A stretch of 45,531 bases of DNA from a virus. Taxonomy: Duplodnaviria > Caudoviricetes. The notes beneath the pieces were generated by a model. That model made no database searches. It had not been told where the DNA came from and worked only from the letters and a program-made list of their open reading frames with translations. Both the position numbers and the translations under genes were made by a program. This document shows positions 17,857 through 26,883 of this stretch, one piece after another; position 1 is the first letter of the stretch, and each line of letters begins with the position of its first letter. The stretch lies in IMG/VR virus record IMGVR_UViG_3300043394_000478, positions 1 through 45,531 of that record. One strand, 5' to 3'.

Positions 17857-18263
17857 TCGGCATAGTTCACCTCGATCGCGAACGCGAGCCACGCAAAGTA
17901 GCTGTAGAGAGATCCGCCTTTGAAATGCTCCGCGCGGTTTGGAGCGGTCAGGATCGGAGTCTTCCCGTCCGGCAGAATGAGCTTGGTACAGGGCCCGAAA
18001 GCATCCTCGAGCGCGATCAAGTCGGGCTCGTCGAGGTCCTGCACCAACCGCGCCGCGCCCGCCGCTATGTCTGACACTGCCGTCTGAGCAACGCCGTCCG
18101 CCCCCTCGCGGGCCGTGGCCGAGACCACCCCCGCGAGCGCCATCGAAAGCCCCGGGACGACCTTCTTCGAAAGCAGGACGAGTACCTTGCGCGCTTGCGC
18201 GAACGGGAGCTGCGTGACCTCGTACGTCACGCCGCCGATCTCCTTGCGACGGGCCTCAAGCAT
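17793..18263 (-). CDS. Tail assembly chaperone (gpG-like)
   Basis: KEIGGVTYEV N-terminus, EVNYADFF C-terminus; between tube and tape measure. Confidence 0.75.
   Translation of the reverse strand: MLEARRKEIGGVTYEVTQLPFAQARKVLVLLSKKVVPGLSMALAGVVSATAREGADGVAQTAVSDIAAGAARLVQDLDEPDLIALEDAFGPCTKLILPDGKTPILTAPNRAEHFKGGSLYSYFAWLAFAIEVNYADFFDAAAPLLGAGLRGAPSNT
17822..17856 (-). other. -1 programmed ribosomal frameshift signal
   Basis: Slippery T TTT TTC (17856-17850), 7-nt spacer, hairpin CGGCGCC-CCTCCTC-GGCGCCG. Confidence 0.75.
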
Positions 18264-18687
18264 CCGGGTTGCTTCCGTGCGTCGCGTCCAACATCTCATA
18301 CGCGATCACCCACTCGCGAGTGCCTGCCTCGAGATCAAATCCCGCGTCGGGGTCGTTCTCGATCCACGCCTTGGCCGCGGTAAACAGTGAGGTCCCCGCG
18401 ATGTCCTGCACGGTCAGCGAGCCCACGCCGCGCCCGTTCGGCGCCGCTAGGTCCTGGCGATGGATCTGCGTCAAGCGGTCGTTGCTAGCCGAGGTTTGCA
18501 TCAAGGTGATCGTGAGGGTGCCGGAACGGTTGTGGTTCCGCGAGCGGGTCACGTTCCCGCCGACGCCGACCTTCGTTGAGAACGGCGGAGCGGCCTTGCT
18601 GAATGCGAGGAACGAGCCGTCCGCGTAGCCATCTACGAAGTGGCCGGCGAAAATGCAATGAACTAGCTTCGGATCGTAAGTCTTCAC
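18256..18687 (-). CDS. Tail tube protein (DUF3277-like)
   Basis: TYDPK, GYADGSF, ITLMQTSASN, REW motifs; follows sheath. Confidence 0.85.
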   Translation of the reverse strand: MKTYDPKLVHCIFAGHFVDGYADGSFLAFSKAAPPFSTKVGVGGNVTRSRNHNRSGTLTITLMQTSASNDRLTQIHRQDLAAPNGRGVGSLTVQDIAGTSLFTAAKAWIENDPDAGFDLEAGTREWVIAYEMLDATHGSNPDA

Positions 18688-19973
18688 GCCGTGATCCTCC
18701 CGTTGATAGTGACAGTGTGTACCGCCCCTGCGAGTCGGGCCTCGAACTCCACACCGGGCAGGTTGCGGTTGTTGCGGTCCGCCGACGGGACCTCGAGCAC
18801 GTCAGGGACGGTAATCGTCCACCCCGCGTCAATCACGCCGGCCGCTTCGGCTTCCGCGAGCTGTCCCGCGACTTCGTTGCGGATCATCGAGATACCGACG
18901 TTCGTGAACGGCACGCGATCGTTGTTCACGCTCAGCGCGAGAAGGCGCTCACCGAGCCGGGCCTCAAGCCAATCCGTGTCCCGTGTGACATCGATCCACT
19001 CCCCGCCGTGGGTCTTGCCGGGGTACGTGATCGGAGTCGCGTTCACCTCGACATAGTAGTTCGTGTTGTTCGTGTCGAGCGTGGTCAGATTCGACGCCGT
19101 CCAAGCGTCCGTCGTCAGGCCCGTAATCGACTTGAACGCGGTAGTGGCCGCGCCGGGGTCTTTCGCGAGGACGACTCCGAGCCACCCAGCGGCGGGGTTC
19201 GCTTCGCCGTCGTCACGAGTGATCAGGCTGAAGGTTCGGTCGTTGTTGGCCACGCGCAAAGCGCTTGCCGTAGCCGCGTAGCCCGCCGGGTCCGTGAACT
19301 GAGGGGACGCGCCGAACATGCGTTTGTTCGTGCTCACCCACGCCGCCACGTCCGCGACGTTCGCCGCACTGTTGACGTCGATCGCCACCGCGTAGAAACC
19401 CGGGTCGGCGTTGAAGATCGAGTTGAGCGCCGTGTCGTAGGCCCAGTCCGCGGTGATGTCCGAGTACGCGCCGTATCCAAGGATGCCCCGAACGTACATG
19501 CGTACGCCCGGCGCGCCCGAGTTGAAGACCACGCGCGTGGTTGCCGCGGTGACCGTGGCGTCCGCCGCCGCCGCCGCGGCAGCCGTTGCGGTCGCCGTCG
19601 GGGAGGTCACAAAAGGCACGTCGACCGTCACCGTCGTACCGTTCGCACGAACCAGCGTGAACTGAACTCGCTGCCCCGCGACCATCCCGACGAGGTCGAG
19701 CTCTGCGATCCAGTTGGTCGCGGGAGTCGGGAGGCGCCCGAGGCGCACGCGCGGGGGGCGCGGGCGCTGCGCGAACACGGCGGCCATCGCTTTGTAGGCT
19801 TGGTCGTTGACGGTGAACCCATCCGAGATCAAACCCGCCGCTGAAGTGTACTCGCGGAATAGATCCACGTTCCGAGTGTGATGTGCCACGACGAGCGGCA
19901 CACCGAAACTAGCCCGCGACGGGGACACCGTGGCCAGGCTCAGATTGATCGTAACGATCCGCGTAAGATCCAT
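18684..19973 (-). CDS. Contractile tail sheath (DUF3383-like)
   Basis: IVTINLSL, FGVPLVV, GEWIDV..DWL, RVPFTNVG, ARLAGAVH; AAGGA RBS. Confidence 0.88.
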   Translation of the reverse strand: MDLTRIVTINLSLATVSPSRASFGVPLVVAHHTRNVDLFREYTSAAGLISDGFTVNDQAYKAMAAVFAQRPRPPRVRLGRLPTPATNWIAELDLVGMVAGQRVQFTLVRANGTTVTVDVPFVTSPTATATAAAAAAADATVTAATTRVVFNSGAPGVRMYVRGILGYGAYSDITADWAYDTALNSIFNADPGFYAVAIDVNSAANVADVAAWVSTNKRMFGASPQFTDPAGYAATASALRVANNDRTFSLITRDDGEANPAAGWLGVVLAKDPGAATTAFKSITGLTTDAWTASNLTTLDTNNTNYYVEVNATPITYPGKTHGGEWIDVTRDTDWLEARLGERLLALSVNNDRVPFTNVGISMIRNEVAGQLAEAEAAGVIDAGWTITVPDVLEVPSADRNNRNLPGVEFEARLAGAVHTVTINGRITA

Positions 19974-20005
19974 GTTTGTCCTTTAGCGCGTTTCGCGCGG
20001 CGGGG

Positions 20006-20641
20006 CTAGGGTGGCGAGAGCACCGCGGGGAGCACCGCGGGGAGTGTGATGCCGGACGGGACCGGAGGGGAGAGCGGCGCAACGCGGTACGTCACCACGT
20101 TGTCAATCTGGGACGGGTCAAGCGTTTGTGAGATCCCAACCGTTTCGATGTAGCCGAAGTCGCCCGTGTCGGCCTCCTCTTCGTCCGAGAAGTGAGTCAG
20201 CAACGTCAGTTCGAACACCGCGTAAGAGATTGTACGGGCCTTGTCGTCCGTGCGATTCACCACGCGGACGTCAGAAGTACGGCTCAGCCCGAAGCACACC
20301 TCGCGGAGCGCGGTCAGTACGGACAACCGGCCCAAACGCGAGCGCAACCGCTCCCCAACCGCAGCGGCCGAGCGGTCAAGGTTCTGATCTCGCGTCTCAG
20401 CGACAACCTGCACCGTGACGACGCGCGGGCCGTACACGCGGGGGAGCAGCACGTCGTCGTCAACGTCGTACCGCGTCCGCGTTTCATCCTGCCCGATCTT
20501 GCGCACGGAGACGATCGAGAGGAACACGCGAGGCCACGCCTCCCATTGCGCCGTGACGTCACGCCAGTACACGGGGCACCCGGCGATCGCCTCGACTTGC
20601 TCAGCAAGCACGCATTGCAGGTCTGCCCAGCGCATCGTCAC
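20006..20641 (-). CDS. Neck/tail terminator protein
   Basis: Position directly before sheath; size; GTGA coupling. Confidence 0.6.
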   Translation of the reverse strand: MTMRWADLQCVLAEQVEAIAGCPVYWRDVTAQWEAWPRVFLSIVSVRKIGQDETRTRYDVDDDVLLPRVYGPRVVTVQVVAETRDQNLDRSAAAVGERLRSRLGRLSVLTALREVCFGLSRTSDVRVVNRTDDKARTISYAVFELTLLTHFSDEEEADTGDFGYIETVGISQTLDPSQIDNVVTYRVAPLSPPVPSGITLPAVLPAVLSPP

Positions 20642-21096
20642 GGCGACCGGACCTCGTACGTGATCGAGCTTCGGAGCTGTCCCGTGTGGATCAGCGGGAT
20701 GCTAGAACCCTTGGCCTTGATCCTTGCCTCGCTAAGCGGGGGCTCAACGCGAGAGTCCGCGATGAACTGCTGAACCTGCCCTTGCGCCCACAACCCGAAC
20801 TGCTCTAGCGCCTGGTCTAGCGTGCGGTCGCCCTTGATCACGGACTGAACGAGCCGCGACCACGCCTTTTCGATCTTCGCCGCGTCAGCGTCCGCCCACG
20901 CGCGGAGGAAAGAACGCGGTGGAACCCCGAGGCCGAACTCGTGAATCTCCGCAAGCGTCGCAACCGTCATGTCCGTATCGGGTACCGCCGCGCCCGCAGC
21001 GTCTCCGATGATGCCGACATCGACCACCCGCGGGCGATTGTCCGTGACCGTTCGGACGAGCTTCTGCGCGCCGAGGTCTCGGACGATCACACTCAC
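20638..21096 (-). CDS. Neck/tail completion protein
   Basis: ATLAEIHEFG...PPRSFLR...KGSSIPLIHTGQLRSSITY motif set. Confidence 0.75.
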   Translation of the reverse strand: MSVIVRDLGAQKLVRTVTDNRPRVVDVGIIGDAAGAAVPDTDMTVATLAEIHEFGLGVPPRSFLRAWADADAAKIEKAWSRLVQSVIKGDRTLDQALEQFGLWAQGQVQQFIADSRVEPPLSEARIKAKGSSIPLIHTGQLRSSITYEVRSP

Positions 21097-21404
21097 GGGA
21101 GCCCCGCGATACGGTAGCCCGCCGACACAAGGCGGTTCAAGCGGTTGCGCTCCGTCTGATAGATCGTCGTCTCTCCCGTCAAGCGCATAGCCTCGCCCCC
21201 CGGCGACATCGCGACTAGATGCGCGGCGAGGAACAGAACGCCCGCGGTGTGGTACTCCGCGCCCCATGTGTCTAGGGGCGTGCGAGTCAGGGCGATCGAA
21301 ATCCGCGACTGCACGACCGCGCTCGGCGCGTTCAGGTACTCGGGAAAGCGATCTTGAAACGCTGAGTACCAGGCCGACAGCGTCGAAAACTCGCCCTCGG
21401 GCAC
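21093..21404 (-). CDS. Head-tail adaptor (DUF4054-like)
   Basis: FQDRFPEY, LAAHL, TTIY motifs. Confidence 0.7.
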   Translation of the reverse strand: MPEGEFSTLSAWYSAFQDRFPEYLNAPSAVVQSRISIALTRTPLDTWGAEYHTAGVLFLAAHLVAMSPGGEAMRLTGETTIYQTERNRLNRLVSAGYRIAGLP

Positions 21405-21407
21405 GGG

Positions 21408-21881
21408 TCAGCCCAGCCCTTGCTTGAAGTCTAGATCCCGATCCAAAACCGCGTCCTGCACCGACCTCCGGATGTCCGACCGGAACATCTCGTACTCGCC
21501 TTGTCCGGCAGCCCGCACGAACGCCACCGCATCCCGCGCGGTCATGGCGCGGGGGTCTAGCTGCGCGGTCGGCGCGGGCGGCGGTAGGGTATCCGCCGTG
21601 GCAGGCTCGTCAGGCTCGACAGGCGAGGGCGTGACGGGGCGCGCGGGCTCAGGCGAGGCGCCGTACGGCACAAGCAAGCTCGACCACGGCTCGTGTGCGA
21701 TCAAGGCGCGGAGTTGGTAGCCCAGGCCGCCTGCGGGAATCGAGACCCCGCGGAAGCAGGACCCGATCGCATTCTTGCCCGTGTTCCGAACCAGCAAGAT
21801 CTGGTCTTCTGTCGCGCTCCCGTCGGCGACCGTGAGTCGCTCGAGAGGGGGGCGGGGAGGGATTGAAAGCGGGGTGCTCAT
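21408..21881 (-). CDS. Hypothetical Pro-rich protein after the major capsid gene
   Basis: ORF fills the gap; ends with an R.SV...V helical motif. Confidence 0.6.
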   Translation of the reverse strand: MSTPLSIPPRPPLERLTVADGSATEDQILLVRNTGKNAIGSCFRGVSIPAGGLGYQLRALIAHEPWSSLLVPYGASPEPARPVTPSPVEPDEPATADTLPPPAPTAQLDPRAMTARDAVAFVRAAGQGEYEMFRSDIRRSVQDAVLDRDLDFKQGLG

Positions 21882-21886
21882 ACCCC

Positions 21887-21919
21887 GAAAGCCCCGCGCG
21901 CTGCGAGAGCGGGCGGGGC
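21887..21919 (-). terminator. Putative intrinsic terminator after major capsid gene
   Basis: GCCCCGC...GCGGGGC stem followed by TTTC on the minus strand (short U tract). Confidence 0.55.
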
Positions 21920-21938
21920 GTTCAGAGAAGAGGGTCGA

Positions 21939-22913
21939 CTAGACCGCGTCCATGTACCGAATCCCGAGGGGTCGGTAGATGCACGTGCCAGCGGTGCGAC
22001 CGTGACAGTTGACGATAAACGCCAGGTTGCGGGGCTCGGGCGCGAACACCTCGAACTCTTGCGGAATGACGAGCTCGAGGATCTCAGGGTCGCGCTTGTA
22101 GAGCACGATACGATCCGACGGACCTGCGCCCGCGAGATCGAACACGTTCCACGAATCAACCATCGTCACCATGGGGTTCGACGCGCGGAACGCCTCGAGC
22201 ACGGTCCGGCTATTTTGCGTGTCCATCTGAGTCTGCGTGAGAGTCAGATACTGCGCAGTCGGAAGTAGCAGCGTGTCGGGGAGGATCGTCTCTTTGTTGG
22301 CGACGATATACTCGTTCACGAGCTTGTTTAGGTCCGCGAGGATCTGCGGCCCGGTCTTTCCCGACCACACCCCAGCGGCCGCGGGGGTCGAGATCGAGAC
22401 GTTCGCCGCGTTGACGAACCCGCCGATGTTGGCCGCTGCGTTGCCGCGAGCCGCGAGCGCATCGAGCCCACGCTCGTACGCGTTGCGTGCGGCCTTCGCC
22501 TTGCGTGCGTCGAGCGGCACGCCGCTAAACGCCGCGCGCCGCAGGTCCTGGATCGAGTACTCGAACGAATCGCCGAGAGCCACGATTTGATGGACGATCT
22601 TCTCTGTTCGGCTAGTCACAGACGGGAGATCGTTCGCGTAGTTCGTGATGATCTGCGCAACGCCGACTTCATCGGTTTGCTCATACGAAAAAGTCTCCGC
22701 GCCAGTGTCGATGTCCGTCGCGACGGGGAGGTACCTACGCGCCTTGAGCTCGGTGTACTGCGTCTCGTAGACGCGCGTGCGCATTTGCTCAAGCTGTAGC
22801 TCGAGCATACCAGCCTCGCCCGCGTCCGCGCGGAGTACAGGCTGATCGCGGGGGGAGAACCGGTTGATCGCCTTGATCAAGTGGTCCATATCGTAGCGAC
22901 TCTGAGTAGTCAT
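21939..22913 (-). CDS. Major capsid protein (DUF2184 / encapsulin-like HK97 fold)
   Basis: VYETQYTELKARRYLPV, YSIQDL, LDARKAKAAR, PDTLLLP, IYRP; alternative GTG start at 22934. Confidence 0.88.
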   Translation of the reverse strand: MTTQSRYDMDHLIKAINRFSPRDQPVLRADAGEAGMLELQLEQMRTRVYETQYTELKARRYLPVATDIDTGAETFSYEQTDEVGVAQIITNYANDLPSVTSRTEKIVHQIVALGDSFEYSIQDLRRAAFSGVPLDARKAKAARNAYERGLDALAARGNAAANIGGFVNAANVSISTPAAAGVWSGKTGPQILADLNKLVNEYIVANKETILPDTLLLPTAQYLTLTQTQMDTQNSRTVLEAFRASNPMVTMVDSWNVFDLAGAGPSDRIVLYKRDPEILELVIPQEFEVFAPEPRNLAFIVNCHGRTAGTCIYRPLGIRYMDAV

Positions 22914-22930
22914 GATCTGCTTTCCGGAGG

Positions 22931-23419
22931 TCACGGGACCGCCAGTCCGAGGAAGTTGATTTCGATCGCCGCGATTTCGCCCGCGAGCGCGCTGCTAGCC
23001 CACCGGGCGGCCACGACGAGCACGTGATCCGCATCAACCGCGGTCGCCCATTCGTCGAGATTGCCGGTCGTGTTGCCGTAGCTCACGGGAGCACCGTCTG
23101 TGACAGCTGCGTTTGCGAGCACGTAGATCATACCCCGGCGAAGCAGCGTGACAGGGCGCTTGTCGCCGTAGTCGTTCGGTGGGCGCGAGTCCTCGTACAT
23201 CGAGACACCGAGCACGTTCGCGGGGGTGATCGTCCCTGCGTTGATGATCGTACGCGCTTGGTTGTCTGCTGTGCCGCGGAAGAAAAGCTTCCCCGGAGCA
23301 GCGGGGTTGGCGGTTGCTTCGATGATCGCGCTCATGCGGTGCATCGGCATAGCGGGATAGACGATCTGCCCTTCGTATCCACGAAGCGGCACGTCCAGGA
23401 CTGAAGTCTGTACGGGCAT
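22931..23419 (-). CDS. Capsid cement/decoration protein
   Basis: MPVQTS...G..GQ N-terminus, VTLLRRGMIYV; position before capsid. Confidence 0.7.
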   Translation of the reverse strand: MPVQTSVLDVPLRGYEGQIVYPAMPMHRMSAIIEATANPAAPGKLFFRGTADNQARTIINAGTITPANVLGVSMYEDSRPPNDYGDKRPVTLLRRGMIYVLANAAVTDGAPVSYGNTTGNLDEWATAVDADHVLVVAARWASSALAGEIAAIEINFLGLAVP

Positions 23420-23422
23420 GGT

Positions 23423-24532
23423 TCAGTTGGCCTTCCAGGCCGTCGAACCGGCCTCAAGAGATTTCTGCTTTGCGACGTCCGCACGCTCACGCGCGCGCTG
23501 TAGTTCGGCCTGCACCGAATCCACACGGGAGCGACCATCGCCCCGGACCTCGGCCGCCGGCGCGGCCTTCAGTGCCTCCACGGTCATGTCGAAGGCTGCC
23601 GCGATGTAGTCCGGCGACTTGCCCTCGAGATCCAGCCCGGGGTTGGCCTTCATGATCACCGCCATCATGATCGCGTTCTCGTCGGCGCCTTCGGGCACCT
23701 CGACGCCCAGACCGTCCGCGATGCGCATGAGCTCGACCTTACGCCCAGCGCCTGCTTCGGCCGCGGCGGCTTCGTCCTTAGCAACCCTGACCTCCTCCTC
23801 GAGCTCGTCGACGCGCTTCTGTAGCGCGGTCGCCTTACCCTCGGCTGCGTCCGCGCGAGCCTGCAACGCGGTGTGCGCTGCGTCTCGACGGCCGACGGCC
23901 GCCACGTGTGGGGGGGTGCCCACGGGATAATCCACCCCATCGATTCGCTCGTAGGTATCGGCCACGGTGGGCACCTCCACAATATCGGGCGGGAGTCCAT
24001 CCCCCGCAGAGTCTAATCGTAATGACACGGCCGAGCCGGAACGGCCCGTACCTGGGGGGCATAATGCTACGTGATTGATCTGAATGGCGCGCTGCACCGC
24101 GTCATACCGCTGTCCGTCGTACACACCCGGGGTGTTTTCGATCTCGCATTTGTAGCCGCACGACACATCGTGACGGAGGCGGGTCAAAACAAGATTCGCC
24201 ACGTCCCCAGCCTGTACTACCAGATCGGCGACGAGCAGGTCCCCGTCCCGGCGCGCGGTGCCCTCAATAACATGCCCCACCGCAACGGATCGGTAGTTCT
24301 CTGGACCAACCATCCCGGACGGGTGCATGTCAGTCACGGGCGCGCCCGCGAGGCTGGCCACGCTATCCGCATGGAACACATCTTCCGGCAAGCGAAGCTC
24401 CCGACGCTCCGAGCCGTCCGCGTTGCGGTAGCTCAGGATTCCGACGCGCGCCACGGCAGCGGAGACGCGGATCCCACCTTGCGGCGTCCGAGTCACCGAT
24501 CCTAGTGTGCCGCGATCGTAGCGTAGAACCAT
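23423..24532 (-). CDS. Prohead protease/scaffold (DUF2213-like)
   Basis: RYDRG, ARVGILSY, PVTDMHP, VSCGY, NHVALCPPGTGR, C-terminal coiled coil. Confidence 0.88.
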   Translation of the reverse strand: MVLRYDRGTLGSVTRTPQGGIRVSAAVARVGILSYRNADGSERRELRLPEDVFHADSVASLAGAPVTDMHPSGMVGPENYRSVAVGHVIEGTARRDGDLLVADLVVQAGDVANLVLTRLRHDVSCGYKCEIENTPGVYDGQRYDAVQRAIQINHVALCPPGTGRSGSAVSLRLDSAGDGLPPDIVEVPTVADTYERIDGVDYPVGTPPHVAAVGRRDAAHTALQARADAAEGKATALQKRVDELEEEVRVAKDEAAAAEAGAGRKVELMRIADGLGVEVPEGADENAIMMAVIMKANPGLDLEGKSPDYIAAAFDMTVEALKAAPAAEVRGDGRSRVDSVQAELQRARERADVAKQKSLEAGSTAWKAN

Positions 24533-24568
24533 TACTAGGGGCGTAGCACGCTGCGCGGAGTGCGTAAA
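24533..24568 (-). promoter_or_regulatory. Putative promoter for a leaderless protease mRNA
   Basis: TTTACG-N17-(TGC)TACGCC then 7 nt to ATG; no SD. Confidence 0.35.
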
Positions 24569-24586
24569 GGTCTACGCGGCGGGGCG

Positions 24587-25414
24587 CTATTCGTCGAAGT
24601 CGAGGACGGCGACGGGGACGCACCGGCACTGATAATCCTCACCCGGATGGTTTTTGTCCCCCTTCGGGTTCGTCACCGGGGGATCGTCCCATCGGAAGAT
24701 CTGTCCCTCGAGCTCCCGGTGCATCGGCCGGACGCGCTCATCTCGCGACGTCGACCACCGGTAGCGCATGATGCCGACCGCGGTCATGCGCGTTTGCGTC
24801 ATGGCGCTGTTGGCCTTCAAAACCTGGTCTCGCGCGATCAACCGCGCGCGGGACTGGGACACGCCGAAGCGGGCTTCTATGTCGTCAGCAAGATCCTCTA
24901 CGCGCCGCCCCGTTCGCGCGGCCTCACGCACAAGCTCCTGAACCTCATCGATCTGGTCGTCGACGACCGACGTGATCAGGCGCACGTTCTCGCGCCGGAA
25001 CCCTTCGATCACTTGCTGTAGTGCAGGGGGTAGGATGTCTGGCGAGACCCGAAGAACGCGCGCCGTGTCCGCGAGGTTGCGCTGGTTCACGCGTCGGCCG
25101 AACGAGTCGACGATCTCGGACACTTCGGATGACTGGATCCGCTCCGCAAGCCGAACGCGCACGTCACCAAAAACTTGCTCGAGGGGCAGGAAGTCACTGA
25201 TCGCCGCCCCCCGCGCTACCGCCTCGCGCACGGCGTCGGCGGCCTCGTTCGTCAGCGTCGTCAAAAACCGCTCAAGCGCGCGCTCCTCGGCAAGCGGGAG
25301 CTTCGGCGTGGCCGACTTCTGCGCCCGCCGGATGCTGACCGCGTTCGCCCGGGCCCGGCGCGATTGGATCGCAGTCTCGAGGGCCGCGCGGGCGAAGGGC
25401 GTGAGGACGTCCAC
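24587..25414 (-). CDS. Minor head protein (Mu gpF / SPP1 gp7-like)
   Basis: RARLIARDQ, YRWSTSRDERVRPMH, HPGEDYQCRC. Confidence 0.88.
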   Translation of the reverse strand: MDVLTPFARAALETAIQSRRARANAVSIRRAQKSATPKLPLAEERALERFLTTLTNEAADAVREAVARGAAISDFLPLEQVFGDVRVRLAERIQSSEVSEIVDSFGRRVNQRNLADTARVLRVSPDILPPALQQVIEGFRRENVRLITSVVDDQIDEVQELVREAARTGRRVEDLADDIEARFGVSQSRARLIARDQVLKANSAMTQTRMTAVGIMRYRWSTSRDERVRPMHRELEGQIFRWDDPPVTNPKGDKNHPGEDYQCRCVPVAVLDFDE

Positions 25415-26784
25415 TACTGCAGACCGCCGGCGAAGTCGGGCACACCAGGCACCACGGGCGCTGGCGCCGCGTCCCTCGGGACACTCAGATCGATCTGCGT
25501 ATCAGGGCTCCACTTGCCCGAACCGAATCGGGATAGAGCGATCTCTTCGGGGAGAACCACTTGATTCGAAATGTAGACCGCATCCGTGTCCGCCGTCAGC
25601 TTGCGCAGCTCCGCGGTTTCCTTTTGGCTCATTTGCCACAGGGGCGGGAACGCGACGTCAAGCTTATCCGTCGGGATGTTGAGCGACTTCGCGAGCACCT
25701 TCAAAAACTGGAGAATCTTAGGCTTAAGCGTCAGCTCACGATAGACGTCAATCTGCCCGTACCACCACGAAAGATCCGACTCCCCCGTTGCGTTCATGCC
25801 GCCGGGGCTCACGCCCATGAGGCGCGTCAACGGCATATGCGCCACGGTCGCGACGCGCGAAAACGTCTTGTCGAGAATGGCCGGCACGGCCGCAAGGTTC
25901 GCCGCCCCGACGTTTTCAAACGATTCCATTTCAGCGTCGAGAACCACCGCGCGCGCGACCGACCGCGACATATCCACGAGCTCCATGCGCGTCAGGAGGT
26001 CACCCTTTTTGCCCTCGGCGATCATCTCGATCAGGCCCTGGATCTTGAAGACGGACTGGCTCAGGTCCTGCAACGCGAGGACCGACGATTGCCAGTTGAT
26101 CCCAGCGTCTCGAATGATGCTCTGCGCGCGCTGAAGCACGGAGACGTCCCAACCGCCGTTGCGCTGTCGCGTACGGTTCGTCGTCCGAGCCCCGCCGAAC
26201 AGGATCAAGCGCGATTCATGCACGAGCTGGCCAGCGAGCTCCCCGTTCTGGGCCACGCCCTGCGCGCCCGGAGTGATGCGGTAGGTCTCGACTTGGCCGT
26301 AGCGGGGGGAAGTCGGGTCGCGGTAGTACGTTTGCGGGGTCGTCTCCCATCGGTCTAGAACGAGGGCGTAGAGAAGCGGCCCGTGATTCTCACCGAGCGG
26401 CCGCTCGTAGCCCTCGAGGCCCTTCGTCGCGAGGAAGATTGCGCCGCCGCCGTACAACCGGCCCCAGATCGCGGCGTCGACGAAGAGCTTGGGCCCTCCC
26501 AACGCTTCGAACGCGCGGGCTAGGGCGCCCGTGTCCTCGCCCGTGATCTCGATACCCCGACTAAGCGCATCCTCGACCGGTGCGTCAACGATAGTCGCCG
26601 CGAGGTCGTCACCCATGTACATCGCGTCCAGCTGCACTTGCGTGCAAAGTGCTTCTTGGGCGATGTAGTAGCTAGAGGCCTTGTCGCGAGACCCACCCAG
26701 CCCTGTGACCGCCGACGCCCACGAATCCGAGCGCTGCTTCGCCGCTGCGTCCTTTGCCATGCGCTTCTGCGATGGTGTAGTCAT
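25414..26784 (-). CDS. Portal protein (DUF1073-like)
   Basis: WGRLYGGGAI, VHESRLI, MPLTRLMGVSPGGMNATGESD, FPPLWQMS. Confidence 0.88.
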   Translation of the reverse strand: MTTPSQKRMAKDAAAKQRSDSWASAVTGLGGSRDKASSYYIAQEALCTQVQLDAMYMGDDLAATIVDAPVEDALSRGIEITGEDTGALARAFEALGGPKLFVDAAIWGRLYGGGAIFLATKGLEGYERPLGENHGPLLYALVLDRWETTPQTYYRDPTSPRYGQVETYRITPGAQGVAQNGELAGQLVHESRLILFGGARTTNRTRQRNGGWDVSVLQRAQSIIRDAGINWQSSVLALQDLSQSVFKIQGLIEMIAEGKKGDLLTRMELVDMSRSVARAVVLDAEMESFENVGAANLAAVPAILDKTFSRVATVAHMPLTRLMGVSPGGMNATGESDLSWWYGQIDVYRELTLKPKILQFLKVLAKSLNIPTDKLDVAFPPLWQMSQKETAELRKLTADTDAVYISNQVVLPEEIALSRFGSGKWSPDTQIDLSVPRDAAPAPVVPGVPDFAGGLQ

Positions 26785-26802
26785 GCGGTAGATCTAGCAC
26801 GC
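26785..26802 (-). promoter_or_regulatory. Putative extended -10 promoter for a leaderless portal mRNA
   Basis: GCGTGC-TAGATC then 6 nt to ATG; shares GCGTGCTA with the 24533-24568 element. Confidence 0.35.
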
Positions 26803-26810
26803 GTGCGACG

Positions 26811-26845
26811 AAATAGAAAACACCCCCGTGGATAGAGCGGGGGCG
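26811..26845 (-). terminator. Intrinsic terminator after terminase large subunit
   Basis: CGCCCCCG...CGGGGGTG stem followed by TTTTCTATTT. Confidence 0.65.
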
Positions 26846-26883
26846 TTTGAGGCAGGACATGCGTATCCGCCACACGCGGCACA

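Noticed and set aside
18603-19844. 413-aa plus-strand ORF and many similar long antisense ORFs
   Set aside because: Opposite well-supported genes, Arg-rich with no motifs; expected in high-GC DNA
20018-20044. Short tandem GAGCACCGCGGG repeat
   Set aside because: Encodes LPAVLPAVL in a low-complexity C-terminus; no sign of separate function
25414-26784. Anti-CBASS label sometimes attached to DUF1073 proteins
   Set aside because: Size, motifs and position between terL and the minor head gene indicate portal
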